A stretch of 64,000 nucleotides of DNA from Anthoceros angustus (GCA_010909165.1 MU008156.1:496001-560000); one strand, 5' to 3'; counted from the first letter of the stretch, positions 11,301-23,684 are shown. Numbers and translations: made by a program. Notes: generated by a model not told the origin, from the sequence alone.

Positions 11301-13759
11301 CAATGAGAGAGACAGCGAAACTGCTCCACGAAGCCCCGACCACATAATAACCACAGCCTCTTTCCAGTTGAGCCCATAGCCAAAATATCGGAGACCAGGG
11401 TAGAGCAGGAAAACAAGAAGCAGCCTTGAAAGCTGCACAAATACGTACAGCATGACAAGGTATCCCCAATCACTCCCTGCACTCGAACATTACACACTTT
11501 CAGGAACTCTGCTGATCGCCATAGATCATTAGCTCAGTGTCCACCAAGCTGTGCTTGGAAAAACTTGAATGTAGCTGTGTTATCAACCTGAAGCTCTATC
11601 AACCCAAGAAGCGTGAGACATATTGATTGCATACCGTCAATGCTGTCTTGGTTTCTCAAGATACTCTCCGCTATGATAACCCCACTACAACACAGAGCGG
11701 GAAGAAAACTTCAATAAAGTCAGAACTGCCGGAAATGACTTCATGTTGAAAAATCAACTACATGGTAGATGCGATTGAGGACAACAGCCATAAACGAAAA
11801 AGCTTGCACCTGAGAATGAAGATAAGGGTGTTTGCTATGTATGCAATCACCTCCCTTTACCAAATTGATGCCCCACAACAAAATGTATGAGCATCACTCC
11901 AGCGACAAGATATGATGAGCCCACCAGGCGAAATAGCAGAGCGCATACACTGACCAGAGATGGTGCAAGCTCCTCTCATGCTCCTGCGTTAGAGCCTTTC
12001 TCCCAAATGCTGCAAAAAATCTGACGGGACCACAGACCAAGACAACGACTGATTAGCAATTGAAGTATGGGGTGGGGCATGTGGCTGCCTACATAAGCAG
12101 AGGACGGAGCACGAACATGCCAACTGTCATCACTGTCAAGATACCAGATACTTGACCTCCGTGCTCTGCCTGTTCAATGAGAACAACGGCTATTCAGAGG
12201 CCTTGAAGACACTGATAACAAAAGCACAAGGATCTGGTAATTAAAATTTCACTCTGCAGACTCACCGCAAAGAAAGCCATATAACTAGCAGCCACTGAGA
12301 GTGCTATATGTAAAAGAGTGTTGTTCTTAACAGTCCGAAGCCAGATGATGGAGACAAGCCCAACTGCAAGTCCCAAAGTCACTCTGTAGAAAGCATGTGT
12401 CAGAGATCAACTTGACGTACCGTGGCCCCAGTGTGGCACCAACACCTGGGCCACGGTGCAACATGTTGGAACCATGGCAAGTATTACAAATAACAGGCCA
12501 ACACATATTGACAATCCGGGTCAGGGAATACGTACGCTCCCAAAGAGACTTGACTTAAGGAGCCAATGATTCGTCCAGCACTGAAGCTTTGACCCAGCGT
12601 CATCCTCATGAATAACCGGTAGATCACAATAGCCACTCTGTTCATGCACAGTAAGCCACAATTATTCACCTGTTCTAAACATTTTCACGAGCTGCCTGTA
12701 GACCTTTTGCAGCTTCATCTTTGAAAATGTGATACAACAATTGGAACTCACCCATCATTCACTAAGGATTCTGCTTCAATGATTGTACTGAGCTTCTTGC
12801 TTGCCCCAAGTTCTTTGAGCAGAGCAACAACAGCCACCGGGTCTGTCGCACCAAGTAAGCCTCCCAGCAAGAGAGACGTGCTCCAATTCCAGCCATAAGG
12901 GAGAAGATACTGTCACCGTAAAAGCAATCAACGCACCCAAAGTTGGTACTCAGTATGGAGAATGATCTTCAGATCAATGACACTCTAGAAAGGGAAAGAT
13001 GGTAGACCTTTACAGCACAAACTACACACCCGGTTCACAACTCCGAGACTAAAAGTTGAAATCACAACTCCCGGACCTGCAAGCAACACAATTTGCAGCA
13101 TGCACCTCTGCACACAACACAAGCAAGAAAAACCGTCAACAAGTTTGAATTATAAGAACCAGCATGCCGAGAAGTTCACTGTTCCAGTAGGTCGCAAACC
13201 ATACCTTAATGTAATGCACGTCGAAAGCAAAGGAACTTTCGAACAAGAGAACCGGCAAGAAGATGAAAAGAATTAAGTCCCCATCCATGTTAGCCCCTGC
13301 ACAGACAGCATTCAGCAATGTAAACATAGAGGAATCAGTGAGTGTTGTATCTATTGGATCAGAAATTCCCCAGAAGACCTTGGCCATGTCCTAGATACTA
13401 ACAGATGCCACACACAAAGTACTTACACATTCGGATGCTCTCCCCCAGCACACCTAAGCCCTGCTTCGTCCCATACTCTGCCACAGGAGCAACGGGTCAA
13501 ACCTGGACCTTCTTTTTTTCAAAAAACCAAACTTGTAGCATTAACAAAATATGAGCGCACCAAGAGCCCCGAGCCCCACGCCAACGAGCAGTAATGCAAC
13601 CGTGTAAGGCACCCTTCTGTCTCGCACAAGCTGGCCGCAGCAAATCCCCAATATCAAAGACATGCCCAAGAAAAGGATGGCCACCTCGGGGCCAACGTGA
13701 TGACCATTTTCTGCCTCCCAGCTGGGAGACAATTGTTCGGGCACTGGAGACCCTTCCAT
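8385..13759 (-). CDS. SOS1: SOS1/NHX7-type plasma-membrane Na+/H+ antiporter, ~20 exons (3' end uncertain)
   Basis: Exon peptides RRVPYTVALLLVGVGLGAL, FIFLPVLLFESSF, GATDPVAVVALLKELGASKKLSTIIEAESLVNDG, WSGLRGAVSLSLSL, FLTGGVVFMTIVINGSTTQF, MLDEGRITQT, GSVLGLYETL, EDLFWQ (cyclic-nucleotide-binding-like tail). Confidence 0.92.
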
Positions 13760-14833
13760 GCCTGGAGTTCCAAGCAGTGGAGCCAGGGGTTACATAGGCG
13801 ATCGACTACGTATTCGTGAGCTTTTAAGCCGGAGAGACGCGTCGACTGTGTGTTCTGTGGCCAAACAGCCCTGGGTCCTTATGTAGGTTGCCATGCCAGC
13901 CAAAACCCCGCTCACGGCAACTACTTTTAACGGCCCCCTCTAGCTTACAAGATGGTTAATCTTGTTAGAAACCATCACCTTACAAATATACTCCAAGGGT
14001 CTGGACGAAGTGTGGTGATGGGCAACAGAGTTGTAGGGGGGAAGAGGTGAAGAAAGGACATCAGGTCTTAGGAGTTTGCAAGTTTACACAGCATGGACGG
14101 GACGCAGAAGAAGATCAGTAAGCAATACTGCTTTCCTCAATTGCCCAACTTACCCTTGCTGCGAGCCCATCGTCAAGGATAGCGCGCGATTGACAAGAGA
14201 GGCAGGTGGAGGGCTACGACAGAAGGCCAGCTGCCCAACGGGCCGACCGATCCCATCACGAAAGTCATATTCCACCAGTTGGCCACCTGCGGTTCACCGG
14301 GAACTCCACCACTGCGTTGCATTCTTTTTTCTTGGATTAAACAAAATGCATGGCAGTGCTTGAACTAGGCGCGGGCCGGACTTTGACACCGAAGAAAACA
14401 TCACTTCGAGCTACAGGTGTTTGGGTCAGGCCGCCCAGCGTGCCCCGGCCCCAACTTGGCTCCGGCCGGCGCCATAGCCGAAATCACCATGGCTCGTCCG
14501 TTGAGCAGTTTTGATTTCTCAATTCCCGCAGACAGAACTCGGCTCAAAAAGTCTTTTTGGTGCTATCGTCCGCATCGCCGGCCATCTCAATCTCCCTGTG
14601 CCATCTCTGATGGCACACAAACACTCGTTTACATTATAACTGCGAGCCAGACCAGGAACACTAGGTGAATTGAACATCCTTTTATCGAAACCAATAACTC
14701 ATGTTAAATTTAAGTGTCTTCAGCATAAAGAGAAAAGAGGATTATCGTATAGACTATAACTCAGATTTTTTATATATATTTATATATATATATAATATTT
14801 AAACTATAAAAATAGAAAACTCAATCTCAGTCA

Positions 14834-15376
14834 TCATATAAAGATATCATTTGATGTACAAAAAGGTTGGGAAGAATTCTCAAATGATGTTGGTTCAATA
14901 CAAGTATCTAGTGGTTTTATAGATGAATATTTTAACAAACATCCTCTTACAATGTAAGTACCTGTTCTTGGTATTCCTTCACAAGCTTTATATAGTAATT
15001 CATGTTTGGCTACTGTTAAACAATATTCGCATTGTGGTGCTGTTTTCAATGATACTGACCTTTTCGGAAAACAACTTACTACACCCCACATATTTAGTCC
15101 ACTTGAACTCCAATAATGAGCATAATATGGAAGTGCTCCTGGAATATCAAATCGTCTGCCGCCTCCAGCAATGAGCAGGTCTAAGGTCTTATCGAGATAC
15201 ATAGCCAAACCATCTCCTGGGTTTATGCCGTATCCACATTGTAATGTGTTGAGCGACAAATCTATAGGGTTAACATGAAATGCTATGGTCAAATTGAAAT
15301 GACAAGCTATTGTAAGAATGAACATACACATGCACTTGAATCCCATATGTAACTTGGACATATTGCGCTCGCTCAT
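14834..15376 (-). CDS. Single-domain DUF26/Gnk2-like cysteine-rich secreted protein, single exon
   Basis: 180-aa ORF with a hydrophobic N-terminal signal-like segment and WGVVSC-x13-CEYCLTVAKHELL..C..RTGTYIVRGCLLKYS, matching the DUF26 pattern G..C..CxxC..C..CxLRYS. Confidence 0.75.
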   Translation of the reverse strand: MSERNMSKLHMGFKCMCMFILTIACHFNLTIAFHVNPIDLSLNTLQCGYGINPGDGLAMYLDKTLDLLIAGGGRRFDIPGALPYYAHYWSSSGLNMWGVVSCFPKRSVSLKTAPQCEYCLTVAKHELLYKACEGIPRTGTYIVRGCLLKYSSIKPLDTCIEPTSFENSSQPFCTSNDIFI

Positions 15377-15874
15377 CCAATAGAACCACGCAAATCAGTG
15401 TCCCTTAGCTCTTACAAAACCCATCCAATGGAATTCCAGACATAAGACTTCTAGGCATGAATAGCACGAGTAGGAAGGAATCCCAACTTTGTAATTATAG
15501 GATCCCGTAACTTGGGTTTTTGGTTATGAGACCTATTTGTACCTTTATAGAGCTTGATTAAGATGTCTAGTGTTCTAGACCCTGGTTTAAGATATCTGTA
15601 TTTGTAGCCTCTCGATTCAAAATATTGATGTCTCCTTGACTCCTCGGCAAGATATTTCCACAAGTTTACTAGACATATGTATGATCTATGAAGACGAATA
15701 TATAAATTTACATCAGTCAATTGGAGATGTAAGTTATTTTTGTCCACTTCAAGTATCATTTGCCAATTAGAAGAAAGAGATTTTGATCTCATGAAGGAAT
15801 GCAACCATATATATTTTCAAGTTAAGGATACATTGAATTTTAAGGTTGCTACCTATACATGAAAATATCCGTTA

Positions 15875-16003
15875 GTATTCCAGTATTTACTTACAAGCTT
15901 TCCAAGCAACTAATACAATATAACATTAATTTCAAGTGATGGTATTTCAGTATTTACTTGGAAGCTTTCCAAGCAATTAATACAATATAAAATTAACTTC
16001 AAC
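15875..16003. repeat. Two-copy ~67-bp AT-rich tandem duplication
   Basis: gtatt(c/t)cagtatttactt..aagctttccaagcaa(c/t)taatacaatataa..ttaa.ttcaa occurs twice. Confidence 0.8.
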
Positions 16004-16611
16004 CAATCAAGTACGATAAGTTGAAGTATCTATGTAGCTAAAACATGTTGCCAATGAGTATATTCTGTAAAATATATTTTTAAAATTTAAATTTAAATTC
16101 AGAATCATTGAAAAGAATTTTGTTCAAGTATCTCTAGAACATTTTTAAAAATAGCTTATACTACTTGTGAAATACTAGAAAGGCATTCTTGGAGAGAAAT
16201 GTAGCCAAATAATAAAGAACCTCAACATTTGAAGTAATATTCCTCTAATAATGAAAGGTACATATGTACCTATAAACCCTATTATAACCCTAAACCTTAA
16301 ATCTTGTTATGACTTGGAATCAATGTATCATTTTAATAAATAATTATTTTATGTAGAGTGCAGAAGATATTGGGTGTTAAAATTTAACGACAGGGGTGTT
16401 AAGGAGAAAAGAAATTTAAAGCCAAAGTGTTAAATATGCATTACACAAACTAGTACGTATTTCTTATAGTTAGGGAAGCTTTACTTGCTCAGACTAGGTC
16501 TTTTAGAAGGCTGGGTCTCATTGATATTGCCACCGCCAATATCAATAAGTGCCTAGATTTTTGCATGCACTACCACAAGAAATGAGTCTGAAATTGTAAT
16601 CACAGAAATTG

Positions 16612-16702
16612 CTAAGGTGGGGGGCTTGTTCCTTGACTCACAATGTTCTCTGTGTTCTCTCTAAGGTGGGGGGCTTGTTCCTCGACTCACAATGTTCTCT
16701 CT
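16612..16702. repeat. Two-copy 49-bp tandem duplication
   Basis: ctaaggtggggggcttgttcct(t/c)gactcacaatgttctc at 16612 and 16661. Confidence 0.85.
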
Positions 16703-17421
16703 GCATCCTCGGTTGAAGTCCAATTCAAGTACACGCTCCATTGAACTCCAATTGCTGAGGCCGTTGAGGCGTGTTGGACTATTTGAGGTTGGCTCATACT
16801 ATTACACTGATTGTATGATGGGTATGTTTGAGGTTGGCTCATAGTATTGTATTGGTTGTATGATAATGGTGTGAAGTGTGTGAACACGGCTAAACGAAGT
16901 AGTTATGAATATTCTAAAGAAACGCTCATTTATGACTGTCCAGCATTGCGCGCCTGGCTCCAGAAGAAGGTGGAATCTCGACTCAGGACGGATAGGTAGC
17001 TCGGACCCATGTGTATGTACATACACTACACTCCCTTTTTTGGAGGCCGGCCCCTGTGGCACAGGCGGTAACCGGAGTTATTCGGGTAACAGAACCATTT
17101 GGTTGGCAATGCTTTTCATGTGCGAGTCCGGACTGGTGAGAATGAGCTGAATGTGTTGCTGGGTCCAATCAGTGGCAGGAGCTAGGGTTGAGTTGAGGCA
17201 GTGGTCGCACGCAGTTGGGATGATCCGAGTCCGGGATCGTGGAAGTGGAAGTGGAAGTGGAAGTGAAAGTGGGAGTGGAAGCTGATTCGAGCTGTGGTGT
17301 TGAGGAGTTGGAGGTGCTCCTGCCCATGAGCATCGATCGGGTTTGAAGAGGCGTCTGTTGGGAACTGAGCAGTTGCCTCCTTATATATCTGGATCGGCTT
17401 GTGGGACGCCGGGTCGGGGTG

Positions 17422-20247
17422 ATGGCAGACAGAGACGTGCCTCCGCTGCTTCCGGTATCCTCCGTGTTTCGGGAGGACCTGGTGCAGCTCGTGTCTCAGC
17501 CAGATCTGCGGGGTCTGGTGATGCATGTGGCCGGGGCTTCTGATTCCGACGCCGACACCGACTACAGTGACGATGAGGAGGATGTGAGACTGACGCCTCT
17601 GGGCTTCGCTCGGATCTGCTGGCTCAATTCCGAAGGCCAGCATCCCAAGGACGTGAGAATGGATGATGTCCGGGTTTTGGACCGAGCTTTCATGCATGGT
17701 GACCGGGTGGCTTTGGCTTCAGATCCGTTAGGGCAGCTTGGGACGGTGGCGGATGTGGATCTCAGGGTTGATTTGGAAGGCGTGAAGGGCGACATTTTGA
17801 GGGACGTTGACAGCAAGAAGCTGAGACGGATCAGGCCGTTTGCATCTGGAGGTTTTGTGGTACAGGACTTTTGGGTGGGTCGCGTGGAGTTTGTTGAAGA
17901 TAATGTCACCGTTCTGTTTGATGACGGTTCCAAGTCCAAAATCTTGAGGGCAGATGCTGAACTAGTACAACCTGTGACCGTGGATCCGATGCACGATGAC
18001 GACTATCCATTCTACCCGGGGCAGAGGGTGAAGGCTGTTACTCCTGGCTTGTTCAGGCAGGCTAGATGGATGAGGGGGAAAAGTAAGAAGTCACTTGGGG
18101 TTGTCATTGATGTAGAGGCTTCCACTGTTTCGGTGGATTGGGTTGGAGCCGGAAATGCTCCTTCGACTGCATCTCGGCCTCCCCCTGGACCACAGCAAAA
18201 TCCCAAATCTCTGTTGCCACTCACCTATTTCTCTTACACAGAGTGGCAGATTGGAGATCGGACGCTGCCTCCTGTAGGTGACACCAGTTCGCCGGAAAAT
18301 GAGTTCTCAGATGAGCAGGTGGATGATAGTGAGGATCGTCCACAGCCGTCTGGATCGGGTGTTGGGAAAACGTCAGCAGAGGGTGCACCACCAGAGGTGA
18401 GGTCATGTCGGAAGTCAAAGCAACGGCGTGTGAAGCTGGATCCCAAGATCAAGTTGCCAAAGAGGGATGAGCCCTCGGACAGTGGCTCACGGGAGGAGGT
18501 GTATGAGTATGCCCTTCGTGTGGTTAACACCAAGACTACTGTTGATGTGATCTGGCAAGATGGGACTAGGAGCTGTGGACTGGATACTTGCTCGCTTGTC
18601 CCGAAGGACAACTTTGGTGACCATGAGTTCTTCCCGGAAGAGTATGTGATTGAAAGGGGATCGGATGGCGAGGGAGTAGAGATAGATTCTAGAAGGGTTG
18701 GTGTTGTACAGAGTGTTGACTCTCGGGAGCGCACAGCTAAAGTTCGGTGGCTCAAGCCAAGTTGTTTACGAAAGAGCGTGGTTCCGCTAGGGGAAGCACG
18801 TGAGTGGGATATTGAGGAGGTCGTCAGCTGTTATGAGTTGTTTGAGCATCCAGAGTACAGCTACACCTTAGGTGATGTGGTTGTGCGGCTAGCTCCTGAC
18901 TCCTCTGACCAGGGTGCCAGTGGGTGTTATGGGGTTGGTACGAAGAGAGGGAAGCCTTGGGAAGCGCCAGCAGACCTGCGTGGTCTATCGTGGGTTGGGT
19001 CTATTATCGGTCTTCAGGGGGGTGATATACAAGTAGCATGGTTGAATGGCTCAGTGTCAATGGTGGAGCCGCGTGACGTCATTACCCTTAGTCGTGGCGA
19101 GGATGGTTCGTCAACGTATGACAATGACTCGGAGGGCTACGACGGGGACGGGGTTGATGACGATACAAGCAGCTGGGAAACCGCAAAGTCTAGTGATGTA
19201 GCAGTGCTAGCAGAAATCAAAGAATTTGATTCACAGATAGGGAATGAAACAGCCCAAGAGACACCGGATGTGTTTGGATTTTTAACATTTTTAGATGCAC
19301 CTGAAGTATTTCAAGATGTCCCTGAAGGAGAGCAGGAAACTATGTCCTTGAGAGAGCAGGGAAGGGGCTCAGAAGGAGAGCATGAAAGTGATTTGCCAAG
19401 AGAGAATGAAGTTAGCTTGGAGATTTCAGGAGTCAAGAAAGGCGTCTGCAGGCATTTTGATAGTGTTACAGATGCTTCAGACCATAATTACTTCTCCGAA
19501 CTGGGCCAGCTATCTAACCAGAAAAAGTGGCTGAAGAGAGTGCAGCAGGAATGGGCCCTCCTGGAGAAGAATCTTCCAGACACGATTTTTGTGAGAGTTT
19601 ATGAGGATCGAATGGATTTGCTAAGAGCTGTGATAGTCGGTGTGAGTGGAACCCCATACCATGGAGGATTATTTGTTTTTGACCTTTTTCTCCCCCCTGA
19701 TTTTCCAACGTTGCCCCCTGTAGCCTATTATCATTCTGGTGGCCTAAGACTGAATCCAAACCTGTATGAGAACGGAAAGGTTTGCCTAAGTCTGCTGAAT
19801 ACTTGGACAGGAACAGAAACTGAAGTTTGGAACCCAAGAACTTCCTCCATATTACAGGTTCTTCTTTCGATTCAGGCATTGGTGCTGAACGAGAAGCCAT
19901 ATTTCAATGAGGCTGGCTATGATAGGCAGGTGGGTACAGCGGAAGGAGAGAAGAATTCTCTCATCTACAATGAGAACGCTTTTCTGTTGTGCTGTAAAAC
20001 CATGCTCTATCAGCTACGTCGACCACCTCAGCATTTTGAGAAGCTTGTGAAGGAGCACTACAGGGCACAGGGACCTCACATTATTGAAGCATGCAATGCT
20101 TATCTGGCTGGGGCTCGTGTAGGTTCTCTCCCGGCGATCCGTTCCAATAGAGGTGTTACCGAGGAAAGCTCCGCCGGATTCAAGCTAATGCTGGCGAAGA
20201 TTCTGCCAAAGCTTCAACAGGCATTTACCCAGGTGGATGATTTGTGA
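17422..20247 (+). CDS. Large E2 ubiquitin-conjugating enzyme, UBC23/UBC24(PHO2)/UBE2O type, single exon
   Basis: Uninterrupted ~941-aa ORF from the first ATG. N-terminal motifs VLDRAFMHGDRV, FYPGQRV, TKTTVDVIWQDG; C-terminal UBC domain FVRVYEDRMDLLRAVIVG..PNLYENGKVCLSLLNTW (catalytic Cys)..LNEKPYFNEAGY. Confidence 0.93.
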   Translation: MADRDVPPLLPVSSVFREDLVQLVSQPDLRGLVMHVAGASDSDADTDYSDDEEDVRLTPLGFARICWLNSEGQHPKDVRMDDVRVLDRAFMHGDRVALASDPLGQLGTVADVDLRVDLEGVKGDILRDVDSKKLRRIRPFASGGFVVQDFWVGRVEFVEDNVTVLFDDGSKSKILRADAELVQPVTVDPMHDDDYPFYPGQRVKAVTPGLFRQARWMRGKSKKSLGVVIDVEASTVSVDWVGAGNAPSTASRPPPGPQQNPKSLLPLTYFSYTEWQIGDRTLPPVGDTSSPENEFSDEQVDDSEDRPQPSGSGVGKTSAEGAPPEVRSCRKSKQRRVKLDPKIKLPKRDEPSDSGSREEVYEYALRVVNTKTTVDVIWQDGTRSCGLDTCSLVPKDNFGDHEFFPEEYVIERGSDGEGVEIDSRRVGVVQSVDSRERTAKVRWLKPSCLRKSVVPLGEAREWDIEEVVSCYELFEHPEYSYTLGDVVVRLAPDSSDQGASGCYGVGTKRGKPWEAPADLRGLSWVGSIIGLQGGDIQVAWLNGSVSMVEPRDVITLSRGEDGSSTYDNDSEGYDGDGVDDDTSSWETAKSSDVAVLAEIKEFDSQIGNETAQETPDVFGFLTFLDAPEVFQDVPEGEQETMSLREQGRGSEGEHESDLPRENEVSLEISGVKKGVCRHFDSVTDASDHNYFSELGQLSNQKKWLKRVQQEWALLEKNLPDTIFVRVYEDRMDLLRAVIVGVSGTPYHGGLFVFDLFLPPDFPTLPPVAYYHSGGLRLNPNLYENGKVCLSLLNTWTGTETEVWNPRTSSILQVLLSIQALVLNEKPYFNEAGYDRQVGTAEGEKNSLIYNENAFLLCCKTMLYQLRRPPQHFEKLVKEHYRAQGPHIIEACNAYLAGARVGSLPAIRSNRGVTEESSAGFKLMLAKILPKLQQAFTQVDDL

Positions 20248-20758
20248 GGAGTCTCTCGCTGCGACTTTTGAGAAGAGTCAGGCTTAGGAGGAAACGATCC
20301 TCGTCACCAACAGATTTTGGTTTGTCCAATGCCGTGAGGTTGCTCCTCACGGTTCGGGAAAAGTAGCGCAAACTCGGAACCCTGAAATTTTTTCTTCAAC
20401 GTCGTTGATCTTAATTGTGATCACAGTTGCACTGCCAATCATATTAACGAACGACAACCAATCCCAAATCCAGATATTCCACAACGTCATTTGACAATGT
20501 AACCGAAATATAGAAATGTTCTTGCCGAGAACTGAAAGTAGGACCATCCTGTCCCAGAGCTACACCTATCTGTCCAACTTGACAGTTGCAAGATTTGGAA
20601 TAGACACACAAAGTCCTACATTAGGACGCACCTGCCTAATCATCAACCGACTTGCCAGCTACACTCCATAAAACTATTTCAAACCCAAGCAACTAGCAGT
20701 TGAAGTCAAAATTGGACCTGAGCTACAGGACAGCCCAAGTAAAGTGTGCCATCAAAGC

Positions 20759-23538
20759 CTACAACTTGTCCTCGAACTCAGACAAAGGGGTCACTGTTTC
20801 TTTCAAACCCTTGCGTTTCCTGATGGTCAACACCAGTTGTCCCGAAGGACTTGCGGTGTCCAAAGGGTCAGTGTTCATTAGATCCCAATGATCGAACACA
20901 CACTGCGGGAAGGCCTGCCCAGATGTAGCAGCTCTCAAAGCACTGGAGAACCCAAAAGATTCAATAACGGGCAGATATGCCTTGATGTTGTACAGGGGAG
21001 TACCCGGCCTCTGAATCTCCTCGAACACATGACCACGCTTTTGATTCAGACATCCATAGATACCACCCAGCGCCTGCTCAGGTGCCTGAATTTCCACCAG
21101 GTACACTGGTTCCAGCAGACGTGGCTTTGCAGTCAACATGGCAGCATACATCACCCTCCTTGCTGTGGGAATGATCTGCCCACCACCTCTGTGGATCGCA
21201 TCCGTGTGCAGCACAACATCGCACACCTCAAAGGCAATACCACGCATGTTCTCGTCTGCAAGAGCACCTTCCTTCGAAGCCCACTGGAATGCAGCCACGA
21301 CAGAATCCTTGATTTCATTCAGATACTGCACTCCTTTACACATATCCACCACCATGTTGGGTCCTGTGGTCTCCGGTCCAAAACACCAAATCTTCTTCGC
21401 CAGATCCTTATCCCACCCAAACTCCTCAGCCAAAATCTTGCTCCGCACCTTGGGATCATCACGAGGTCCAATCTTACCCTCATCAATGGCCTCAGCCAGC
21501 CCTTCCTCCAGAGGACGCGCCTCAAAGTACAGCCTGTTATGCTTGTTTGGGGACTTGCTCATCACAATACGACATGACTTCTCAAGCACAGTTTCACGGA
21601 ACGACACAACCGGAGGTGACACCACAATCTCAGCCCCTCCCATGAAGTCTTCTTGCAGATCCTTCAGACAGATTTCAAGGTGCAGCTCACCAGCTCCTGC
21701 AATGATGTGCTCCCCAGACTCCTCAATCATCGCCAACACCATGGGATCCGACTTTGCCAGACGCTTCAATCCTTCCACAAGCTTCGCAAATCTGAAGCAA
21801 CCTTGCACTGAACTGCAACTCGCACCACAGGTGACACTGGAGAACTTCATTGCCTTGATGGGGTGGGCATCCGTTTCCTTTTCATTTGTCAAGGTTGCAT
21901 TCTTTGTAATGAACTGGTCCAGACCAACCAGCGCCACCGTGTTACCACAAGGCACGTCTTCCACAGACTCCTGCCGCCTGCCCATCCAAATCACAGTTCT
22001 CTGCACGCTCTTGGTGTACAGGTCCTTCTTCTGCCCTGGAATGTAGTTGGGGCCCATAATTCTCACCTTCATCCCTGTTGCCACTCTCCCAGCAAACACA
22101 CGCCCAAAAGCAAAGAATCGACCTTTGTCTGAAGCAGGAATCATCTTTGATACATACAACATCAGGGGACCATCGGGGTCACAGTTCCTGATGGCATTGG
22201 CGTAAACATCATCCAGAGGGCCCTCGTACAGATTCTCCACACGGTACCTTTGAGCCGTCGCTGGGGATGGCAGGTGAAATATCATCATCTCCAGTAACGC
22301 GTTGCTAGCTGGCAACCAAGTCTGCATCACCCTCTTCATCAGAGGCTTCGCCATCAACTCCTTCTCATCACCCTTCATCACCACCCCAACTTTGCTAACA
22401 TGGGCCACAGCTTGTCCTTCTGATCATTCATGCAGATGTTGATGATCTGCTTGATGGGCTCGTAGATGAACTGGACGAACCCACGCTGACACGTTTCCGA
22501 ACCAGTGTTCTTCGCCGTCCACTTCTTCGTCTTCGGGTCGAAGTAGTTCTCCCCAAAGCCTCTCCATCATCTTCTTCTCATCCACCTGAAACTTGGCCGC
22601 ATACATCTTTGCGAAGTTCGTCAGCGTGAACGCCCACCCATGCAACCCGGCCGAGAACGCAACCGTCCCTTCTCAGGGTACACTTGCACGTCACCGAGCA
22701 GAGCATCCTCGTACGTCGCCATGATCACGTTTGCGCTCTCAATCACACGCTGGAACGTCTGGTACGCCTCCTCACCGTCCACCTGAAGCTCCAAAAGCAC
22801 CTGTCCATCTTGTTCACGGTCAAAACTGGCCTGATCCTCTCACCCAAAGCCTGCCTCAGCACGGTCTCCGTCTGAACGCACACACCCTCGATACAATCCA
22901 CCACCACCAAAGCTCCATCAGTAATCCGCAGAGCAGCCGTCACCTCCGAAGAGAAATCAACGTGCCCGGGGGAGTCGATCAAGTTGATCAGGTAGTCATT
23001 CCCATCTCGCACTCCGGTGTAAGCCTTCAGCGACTCGTCGGCCATCTCATAGTACAGAGAGATACCCGTGGACTTGATAGTGATACCCCGCTCCGCCTCA
23101 TCGGCCCTGGTATCTGTCAACCGGACATCACCAGCCACTTCTTGGGCGATGATACCAGCTGCAGCGACCAGGGAGTCTGTCAAAGTAGACTTGCCTGTAA
23201 TCACCGCAAATCACCACCTCCGTCAAAACAATCAGACAAACAGCAAAAACATCCTAGCCATCTTTCAACATCAACTCGGGGCTGGACAAAACACATACCG
23301 TGGTCGACATGGGCAATCACAGACATGTTCCTGATATTATGCTTTTTGTCCATGATCCGCCGCAGCTCTTCTGATGTGAACTTCACCTGCACATACGTGA
23401 AGCAGATTGATCTTTGTTAGGAGCCTCTTCAGCAGATCCAAAGCCAGTGCACGGTGCATGCCAGGAAGGACAATTCGAACAAGGAAAACTAGCTTCAGGG
23501 CACCCAGTCAGGAGTTGGCACGGGAGGCAAGCTACCAT
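20759..23538 (-). CDS. EEF2: Eukaryotic elongation factor 2, with several small indels (sequencing errors or pseudogenisation)
   Basis: ATG at 23538-23536, intron, then [30 protein letters not shown]|[34 protein letters not shown]..; diphthamide loop DAIHRGGGQ; C-terminus EFEDKL*. Frame breaks near 22790, 22690-22420 and 21840-21790. Confidence 0.95.
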
Positions 23539-23624
23539 CTTGAAATGCTGGTAAGATCCGGCCGACGGCGCACCAAACACCACGAGCGTCGCCCGGTGAG
23601 CTCAGGCAGCAGCAGCAGCTGCGC

Positions 23625-23684
23625 AAGGAAAAGGTACACCCACTAAGCGTTCCCTACTTTTAGGATCCTTGCCTATTAGGGTTT
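23625..23684 (-). promoter_or_regulatory. eEF2 promoter/5' end: telo-box and candidate 5'TOP tract
   Basis: TAGGGTTT at 23677-23684 (AAACCCTA on the gene strand) and CCTTTTCCTT at 23634-23625 upstream of the leader. Both are typical of translation-machinery genes. Confidence 0.5.

Noticed and set aside
15451-15804. 117-aa ORF upstream of the DUF26 gene
   Set aside because: Non-ATG start, no recognisable domain, AT-rich; probably promoter sequence.
14670-16556. Helitron call for the AT-rich island
   Set aside because: The hairpin is AT-rich, the CTAG is not followed by T, and no clear 5' TC end is visible; support is insufficient.
20888-23420. Long + strand ORFs (229-302 aa)
   Set aside because: Antisense shadows of eEF2 codon bias.
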